NCBI GenBank assembly: GCA_965198065.1
Contig: CBDAON010000004.1
Coordinates: forward strand, 1,504,001-1,568,000
Direction of reading: 5' to 3'
DNA from: Longimicrobiales bacterium
GTDB taxonomy: Bacteria > Gemmatimonadota > Gemmatimonadetes > Longimicrobiales > Gaopeijiaceae
Length of the DNA stretch: 64,000 nucleotides
Part shown: positions 58,279 to 64,000 of the stretch, piece by piece
Numbering within the stretch: position 1 is the stretch's first letter
How the letters are laid out: each line of letters starts with the position of its first letter
Made by a program: the position numbers and the translations under genes
Notes under the pieces: model-generated
Databases searched by the model: none
What the model saw: only the letters and a program-made list of their open reading frames with translations
What the model was told of the DNA's origin: nothing

Positions 58279-59535
58279 TCAGGCCAGCGGGAGCCTCCGG
58301 CCCGGCTTCGTCGACGGCAGCTCTTCGGGGGCGAGTCCACGGATGCGGAGCACCCGTACGACGGCGTCCCCGATCTTGTTGTTGGGCGTGGACGCCCCCG
58401 CCGTGATCCCCAGCTCGAAGGGGGCTCGGGGGAGCCAGTCACGCTCGGTGCACTCCTGGGCGTGCACGCCCGGCTCGGGCTTGTGACGGATGGAGCCGGC
58501 CTCCACGTCGATGCACGACGAGTCCTCGACGTGGAAGGTTGTCGTGTACTGCCGGCACAGACGTGCCAGGTGATTGGTGTTCGACGAGTTGTAGCCGCCG
58601 ATCACGATCATGACGTCGGGGGGAGCCACCATCATCATCTCGACGGCGTCCTGCCGCTCCTGCGTGGCCGAGCAGATGGTTCCGAACGACCTGTAATTCT
58701 CCTTCGCGCACGTCGCCCCTCCCGCCTCGACGAGCGCCTCCTCCAGCCGCACCCCGATGGCCAGCGACTCCTTCGCGAGCATCGTCGTTTGGTTCGCAAC
58801 GCCGAGGCGCTGGAGGTCGGCGTCCGGGTCGAACCCCTCCGAAGCGCGGTCGCGAAACCGATCGGCGAGGGCCTCTTTGGTGAGGTGTCCCGGACGCTTC
58901 GCGATGTAGTCGGCCACGAGCAGCGCCTCTTCCATGTCCCTTACGATCAAGTACTTGGCTCCCGGGTGCTTCTGGACCTGCGAGGCGGTGGCGCGACTCT
59001 CCTCGTGCGTGTATTTCCCGTGGATTACGGAGGTGAACCCGTCCTGCGCGTAACCCTCGACCCGCTTCCACACGAGCAGGACGGAGCCGCACGTCGTGTC
59101 CACGAGCACGCAACCGATCGCCTGGAGCTCCGCGAAGGCTTGGATTGTCACGCCGAAAGCGGGGAGGATGACGACGTCGTCCGGCGTGACAAGCGAGAAG
59201 TCGAAGCGCCCCGTCTCGTTGGGGTAGAGGAACCGGATCCCCATCTCCCGCATCCTCTTATTCACATGGGGGTTGTGGATGATCTCCCCGACGAGATATA
59301 CGGTGCGGTCGGGGAACTTCTTCCGCGTCTCGTACGCGTAATCGACCGCCCGGTCCACCCCGTAGCAGAAGCCGAACTCCTCAGCCAACCGGACGGTGAC
59401 GTCTCCGAAGGTCTCCGTGTACCCACGCGCCCGGATCCGCTCGACGAGGGCCGAGTGGTACTCGGCCTCGATGAGGGGGCGCACGTCGTCCTTGAGCCCG
59501 AACCCCCGGCGGAAGTAAGTCTGCTCGATGCTCAT
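58279..59535 (-). CDS. ispH: 4-hydroxy-3-methylbut-2-enyl diphosphate reductase
   Basis: GFCYGVDRA, IIHNP, DTTC, NQTT, TICSATQERQ, SSNT, GITAGASTP. Confidence 0.94.
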   Translation of the reverse strand: MSIEQTYFRRGFGLKDDVRPLIEAEYHSALVERIRARGYTETFGDVTVRLAEEFGFCYGVDRAVDYAYETRKKFPDRTVYLVGEIIHNPHVNKRMREMGIRFLYPNETGRFDFSLVTPDDVVILPAFGVTIQAFAELQAIGCVLVDTTCGSVLLVWKRVEGYAQDGFTSVIHGKYTHEESRATASQVQKHPGAKYLIVRDMEEALLVADYIAKRPGHLTKEALADRFRDRASEGFDPDADLQRLGVANQTTMLAKESLAIGVRLEEALVEAGGATCAKENYRSFGTICSATQERQDAVEMMMVAPPDVMIVIGGYNSSNTNHLARLCRQYTTTFHVEDSSCIDVEAGSIRHKPEPGVHAQECTERDWLPRAPFELGITAGASTPNNKIGDAVVRVLRIRGLAPEELPSTKPGRRLPLA

Positions 59536-59597
59536 ACGGACAATCTGCCACGAACCGCGCGAGGGGTCCAATCGGGACGGGGCCGAAGGGAACCCCG

Positions 59598-60611
59598 TCA
59601 GGGCACGAGGACGAGCGCGCCCCGCGCCTCCCCCTCGCGGATCCTCCGGAGCGCCTCGTTCGCCTCCTCCAGCGGAAGCGCCTGCGCCTCCGCCCGGACC
59701 GGTACCTGTGGGGCCCTGTCCAAGGAACTCCTCCGCGTCCCTTCTGGTGAGGTTGGCCACCGAGCGGACTACCCGCTCCTTCCAGAGGATCTCGTACGGG
59801 AATGCCGGAACGTCGCTCATGTGGATACCCGCACAAACGACGGTTCCCCCGGGCCGCACGGCGCGGAGGGCGGTGGGGACGAGGGCTCCGACCGGCGCGA
59901 AGATGATCGCCGCGTCGAGGGGGTCGGGAGGGGCCGAGTCCGACCCACCCGCCCACACGGCTCCCAGCGACCTGGCGAAGGCCTGGCCGTCCTCGTCCCC
60001 CGCCCTCGTGAAGGCGTAGACCTCGCGACCCTCGAAGCGCGCCACTTGGGCAATGAGGTGCGCCGCCGCGCCGAAGCCGTAGAGCCCAATCCGTGGCCCC
60101 TCGCCGGCGTGCCGGTAGGCTCTATACCCGATGAGCCCTGCGCAGAGGAGGGGCGCCGCCTCCACGTCCCCGAACACCGCCGGGATCGGAAACGCGTATC
60201 GGCTGTCGGCGACCGCGTACTCGGCGTACCCGCCGTCGTGGGAGTATCCGGTGAAGCGTGCCCGTTCGCAGAGGTTCTCCTTGCCGGCGCGGCAATAGTC
60301 ACATGCGCTGCACGTCCATCCTAGCCAGGGGATCCTCACGCGCTCCCCGACGGCCCGTCCTTCCACGGCGGACCCGAGCGCCTCCACTCGCCCGACGATT
60401 TCGTGCCCCGGGGTCAGCGGGAGCTGGGGATCCGGAAGCTCGCCGTCCACGATGTGGACGTCGGTGCGACAGACCGCGCACTACACGCGAGGACGCGGAC
60501 CAGGACGTCGTGGGGGCCTGGCCGGGGCATAGGGACGTCCCTCCCCACAAGGGCCGATCCCGAGCGCTCGAGGACCATGGCTCGCATGGGGGAGTCAGTG
60601 GGGGAATCCAT
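59598..60611 (-). CDS. Zinc-dependent alcohol dehydrogenase family protein with two frameshifts (near 60480 and 59710)
   Basis: CRTD, PGHEIVG, C..C..C..C structural Zn, LCAGLIGY, GLYGFGAAA. Confidence 0.8.
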
Positions 60612-60766
60612 GTGCCAATCGTAGAGCGGTCGCGCGGGGTTGGCCAACGCGCCTCGGGACCGACCCGTCGCCCCCGGTGTACCGGTCTCCACCTCCGCGT
60701 CCGCCGGCGGGACCGGGCTAGCCTGGCGCCGGCCTCTGTCAGGGACACGTCCCCTCGAGCGCAACC

Positions 60767-62650
60767 ATGCGACCGAATCGCCCAGCGTTTCCTCCATCGA
60801 CGGTTTCTACGTCCCTCCTCCTTTCCGCTCTCGCGGCTTCGGCCTGTGTCCTCTGCTTCGCCCCGCACGGGGCCGCGGCGCAGGCGCCGCCGGTGTCCCG
60901 CGCCGACTCGTCCCGGTTGGTGGATGAAGCGGAGGACCTTCAGCGCGATTTCGAGCGGTTCCGCGGAAGCCGGATTCCGGTCACGGGCCTCGGGTCGGGT
61001 GGCCGGTGCGACGAGCGGATCGGACGGATCTGCATCTGGTTCGGCGGCGACGACGAGACGGATTTTCCGCCAGAGCCCCCGGAGACGACTCGGGCGCGCT
61101 TTGAGCTGATCGCCTCTCTTTTTCAGGCCGACGCGCAGATCGGGGATCCGTGGATCCTGGGGCAGCTCGTCCGCTATCTGACGGAGGCCGGCAATTACGG
61201 GAGAGCGGTCGAGGTCGCAACGGAGTGCGGTCTCGTCGAGACGTGGTGGTGTGGGGCGCTCCACGGGTACACGCTTCACGTGATGGGGGAGTTCGTCGAG
61301 TCCGAGGCGGCCTTCCGAGCCGCGATTGCCGGGCTTCCGGAAGACGAACGAGAGTGGTGGACGACGCCGGGTCGCCTCTTCACGGAAGACGGCGAGGAGG
61401 ACTTCGAGCGTGCCGACGCGAGCGAGCAAGCCCGGCTCTGGGAGCGCCTCTGGCGCTTCTCTGATCCGCTCTTCCTTCTCGAAGGAAACGACCGCCTCAC
61501 CGACCATTTTGCGAGGCTGGTCGAGGCGCGCAACACCGAGGATGCCGAGGATCCGCAGGGGCTCGGGTGGGACGACGATCTGGAGGAAACGCTGATCCGC
61601 TATGGGAGGATCATGGGGTGGAGCCGCACGCGCCCCACGCCCTCGAACCTGTTTGGCGGGGGCGGGATCCGGGACGATCGGCAGGTGGTCGGGCACCATC
61701 ACCCGCGGAGCCGGGGGTACGTCTTCCCGGAGGAGTTCATCACGGCTCCGGCCGACATCCTTCCCGAGAGCTGGATCACGGCACCCCGCGAATCGAGGAC
61801 GTGGTACGCCCCGCCGTACGCTCCTGATTTCGGCGGGCTCGAGACGCAGGTCGGACGATTCCGGAGGACGGACGAGATGCTGGTCGTCGGGGCTTATTCA
61901 CCCGCCCCGGCGGGGTTAGGGGGCCTCCGGGCTGCCCCGCCCGCCCAGAACGCGCGGCCGGACCCCTTCGACCCGTTCGGCCGGAGCCGAGCGGCTCCGG
62001 CGGCTGCCCCGACGACCACCACCAACCGGGGATCGGTCGAGAGCGGGCTGTTCCTGGTTCCCGAGGACGGAGGGGAGAGCGTCGAGATTCGGGGAAGCGA
62101 GGCCGAGGGGGTGTTCACGCTCCTGGCTCCGCCCGGGCGGTACGTGAGCAGCATAGAGGTCCTCGAGCCCGCGGCGGCGAGGGCGTGGAGGGCCCGCCAG
62201 GGGGTGGTGCAGGCCCCGGTGGTGCGGGGGGTCGTGAGCGTCTCGGATCTGGTGATCCTGAGGGAGGATGCTCCGTTTCCCACCAGCCTGGACGAGGCGA
62301 TCCCGAACGTGCGAACGGGGGTGCGGGTCCGGGGCGACGAGCGGTTCACGGTGGTGTGGGAGGTCTACGGCCTCCAGATCCAGGAACGGGTAGAGGTGAC
62401 CCTGGGGTTCACTCTCGGCCGGCCCGGCTTTCTCCAGCGGGTCGGGGAGCTTCTCGGCGTGCTGGAGCCCGATCGCCCGGTCGAGGTGACCTTCGGGGAC
62501 GCGGGTCCCGACCGGGTCCAAACCGCGTTCCGGGCGGTGGCGATCGAGCTGCCCGATCTCGACCCCGGCGAGTACACGCTCCATCTTCGGCTGGACCTCC
62601 CCGGCAGGGAGCCCGTGATCGCGAGCCGGCCGATCACCGTGGACTCGTAG
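60767..62650 (+). CDS. Exported hypothetical protein with TPR-like segment
   Basis: Signal peptide AAAQ; CDERIGRIC; LIRYG; long GC3-biased frame. Confidence 0.7.
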   Translation: MRPNRPAFPPSTVSTSLLLSALAASACVLCFAPHGAAAQAPPVSRADSSRLVDEAEDLQRDFERFRGSRIPVTGLGSGGRCDERIGRICIWFGGDDETDFPPEPPETTRARFELIASLFQADAQIGDPWILGQLVRYLTEAGNYGRAVEVATECGLVETWWCGALHGYTLHVMGEFVESEAAFRAAIAGLPEDEREWWTTPGRLFTEDGEEDFERADASEQARLWERLWRFSDPLFLLEGNDRLTDHFARLVEARNTEDAEDPQGLGWDDDLEETLIRYGRIMGWSRTRPTPSNLFGGGGIRDDRQVVGHHHPRSRGYVFPEEFITAPADILPESWITAPRESRTWYAPPYAPDFGGLETQVGRFRRTDEMLVVGAYSPAPAGLGGLRAAPPAQNARPDPFDPFGRSRAAPAAAPTTTTNRGSVESGLFLVPEDGGESVEIRGSEAEGVFTLLAPPGRYVSSIEVLEPAAARAWRARQGVVQAPVVRGVVSVSDLVILREDAPFPTSLDEAIPNVRTGVRVRGDERFTVVWEVYGLQIQERVEVTLGFTLGRPGFLQRVGELLGVLEPDRPVEVTFGDAGPDRVQTAFRAVAIELPDLDPGEYTLHLRLDLPGREPVIASRPITVDS

Positions 62651-62701
62651 CCTCGCCACCAGCGGGGCGGAAGGGGTCGGGCCACGGGGGAACGCGGAGT
62701 C

Positions 62702-63616
62702 ATGAGCGAGCCGTCGGTCAAGATCGGGCTGGTGCAGCTCCCTGTGGGCGAGGACCGGGAGGTGGGGGTCCGCGCGCACGAAGAGGCCATCCGTGAGGCC
62801 GCGGCGAAGGGAGCGCGCATCGTTTGCCTCCAGGAGCTCTTCGACGCCCCCTACTTCTGCAAGGTCACGGACGCCGACCGCTTCGACCTGGCCGAGCCCA
62901 TCCCGGGGCCGACCGTCGAGCGGATGCAGCGGCTGGCCGCGGGCCTGGAGGTCGCCCTCATCGTACCGATGTTCGAGAGAAGGGGGGCCGGAGTCTACCA
63001 CAACTCGGCGGCGGTGCTGGACGCCGACGGGTCCCTGCTCGGCGTGTATCGCAAGATGCACATCCCGGACGATCCGCTTTACCACGAGAAGTACTACTTC
63101 ACTCCGGGGGAGATATACCACCACGGAGCGTCTCCCAGCGGCGCCGCCGGATTCCGCGTATTCGACACGCGCTTCGCACGGATCGGGGTGCTCATCTGCT
63201 GGGACCAGTGGTATCCGGAGGCCGCGCGGATCACGGCTCTCATGGGAGCCCAGGTGCTCTTTTATCCAACTGCGATCGGATGGCACCCGTCCGAAAAGGC
63301 GGAGTGGGGCACGGCGCAAGCCGACGCCTGGAGGACGATCCAGCGGGGCCACGCGATCGCCAACGGTGTCTACGTGGCGGCGGCGAACCGGATCGGACAC
63401 GAGCCGGAGCCCGGGACGGACGGGCTCGAGTTCTTCGGGCATTCCTTCGTGTCGGATCCCTTCGGCAGGGTGATCGCCGAGGCCGGGACGGAGCCGGCCG
63501 TTCTGGTGGCCGAGTGCGATCCCGCGCTGATCGAGCACACCCGCCGGAACTGGCCGTTTCTCCGCGACCGCCGAATCGACGCGTACGGCGGAATATTGAG
63601 CCGTTACCTATCCTGA
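62702..63616 (+). CDS. aguB: Carbon-nitrogen hydrolase, probable N-carbamoylputrescine amidase
   Basis: LQELF, YRKMHIPDDP, ICWDQWYPE, WPFLRDRR; adjacent to agmatine deiminase. Confidence 0.88.
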   Translation: MSEPSVKIGLVQLPVGEDREVGVRAHEEAIREAAAKGARIVCLQELFDAPYFCKVTDADRFDLAEPIPGPTVERMQRLAAGLEVALIVPMFERRGAGVYHNSAAVLDADGSLLGVYRKMHIPDDPLYHEKYYFTPGEIYHHGASPSGAAGFRVFDTRFARIGVLICWDQWYPEAARITALMGAQVLFYPTAIGWHPSEKAEWGTAQADAWRTIQRGHAIANGVYVAAANRIGHEPEPGTDGLEFFGHSFVSDPFGRVIAEAGTEPAVLVAECDPALIEHTRRNWPFLRDRRIDAYGGILSRYLS

Positions 63617-63677
63617 TGGGCTCGTCGTAGTGGGCTCGCCGACGGAGCGGCGCGTCCGTCGAGCGTCGGGAACAAGC

Positions 63678-64000
63678 GTGAGCCCGCCCGTGAGCTCGAT
63701 GACGCGCCGCTGGCCGGCGGAGTGGGAGCCGCACGAGGCCACGTGGATCGCGTGGCCCCACCACGTCTCCGACTGGCCCGGGAAGTTCGAGACGATCCCC
63801 TGGGTCTACGCCGAGATCGTACGAGCACTCCACCGGCGGGAGCCCGTCCGGATCCTCAGCCCAGACAGCGCGACGGAGGCCTCGGCCCGTGAGACCCTCG
63901 TTGCGCACGGCACGGACCTTGGACGCTGCTCGTTCCACCTGGTGCCCACTGATCGGTCTTGGCTCAGGGACTCGGCGCCGACCGGAGTGCTGGGGGCGGG
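63678..64000 (+). CDS. aguA: Agmatine deiminase family protein (partial, runs off the right edge)
   Basis: WPAEWEPHEATWIAWPH..DWPGK; TDRSWLRDSAP. Confidence 0.85.
   Translation, partial: MSPPVSSMTRRWPAEWEPHEATWIAWPHHVSDWPGKFETIPWVYAEIVRALHRREPVRILSPDSATEASARETLVAHGTDLGRCSFHLVPTDRSWLRDSAPTGVLGA

Noticed and set aside
58462..60324. 620-aa plus-strand ORF and similar long overlapping Arg/Pro/Gly-rich ORFs across the window
   Set aside because: Antisense or alternative-frame shadows typical of high-GC DNA
58279..60450. 723-aa ADH-IspH fusion in the ORF track
   Set aside because: A frameshift near 59710 bypasses the natural ADH stop at 59598; IspH has its own ATG at 59535

Overview
High-GC bacterial chromosome segment that contains the replication origin. 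The conserved block is pyrE, dnaN, oriC, dnaA, rpmH, rnpA, yidD, yidC, mnmE, acylphosphatase, mnmG, two parS sites, parA, parB, an M23 peptidase, a bactofilin and a Nif3-like gene; the gene style suggests Gemmatimonadota (inference). The left ~9.9 kb is a decayed integrative/mobilisable island: a P4-like tyrosine integrase, truncated MobC and relaxase, and IS3/IS30 scraps. It carries an intact 1.1-kaa SIR2-like/STAND-NTPase/TPR protein (candidate antiviral sensor-effector), a SepA-like gene and, at the window edge, a type I-E cas5 remnant missed by the ORF track. Elsewhere there is tRNA-Asn, an IS256, a complete IS1595-family element carrying a Fic gene, a sigma54 two-component operon, lipA, lpdA, ispH, aguBA, a partly deleted putative ceramide-synthesis cluster and a deleted soxR/queA-like module. 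An unannotated 23-aa peptide gene with a strong RBS lies in front of a membrane HD-GYP-type sensor remnant. Many accessory genes show internal deletions or frameshifts (genome decay and/or assembly indels). All calls come from motif recognition by eye; no searches were run.
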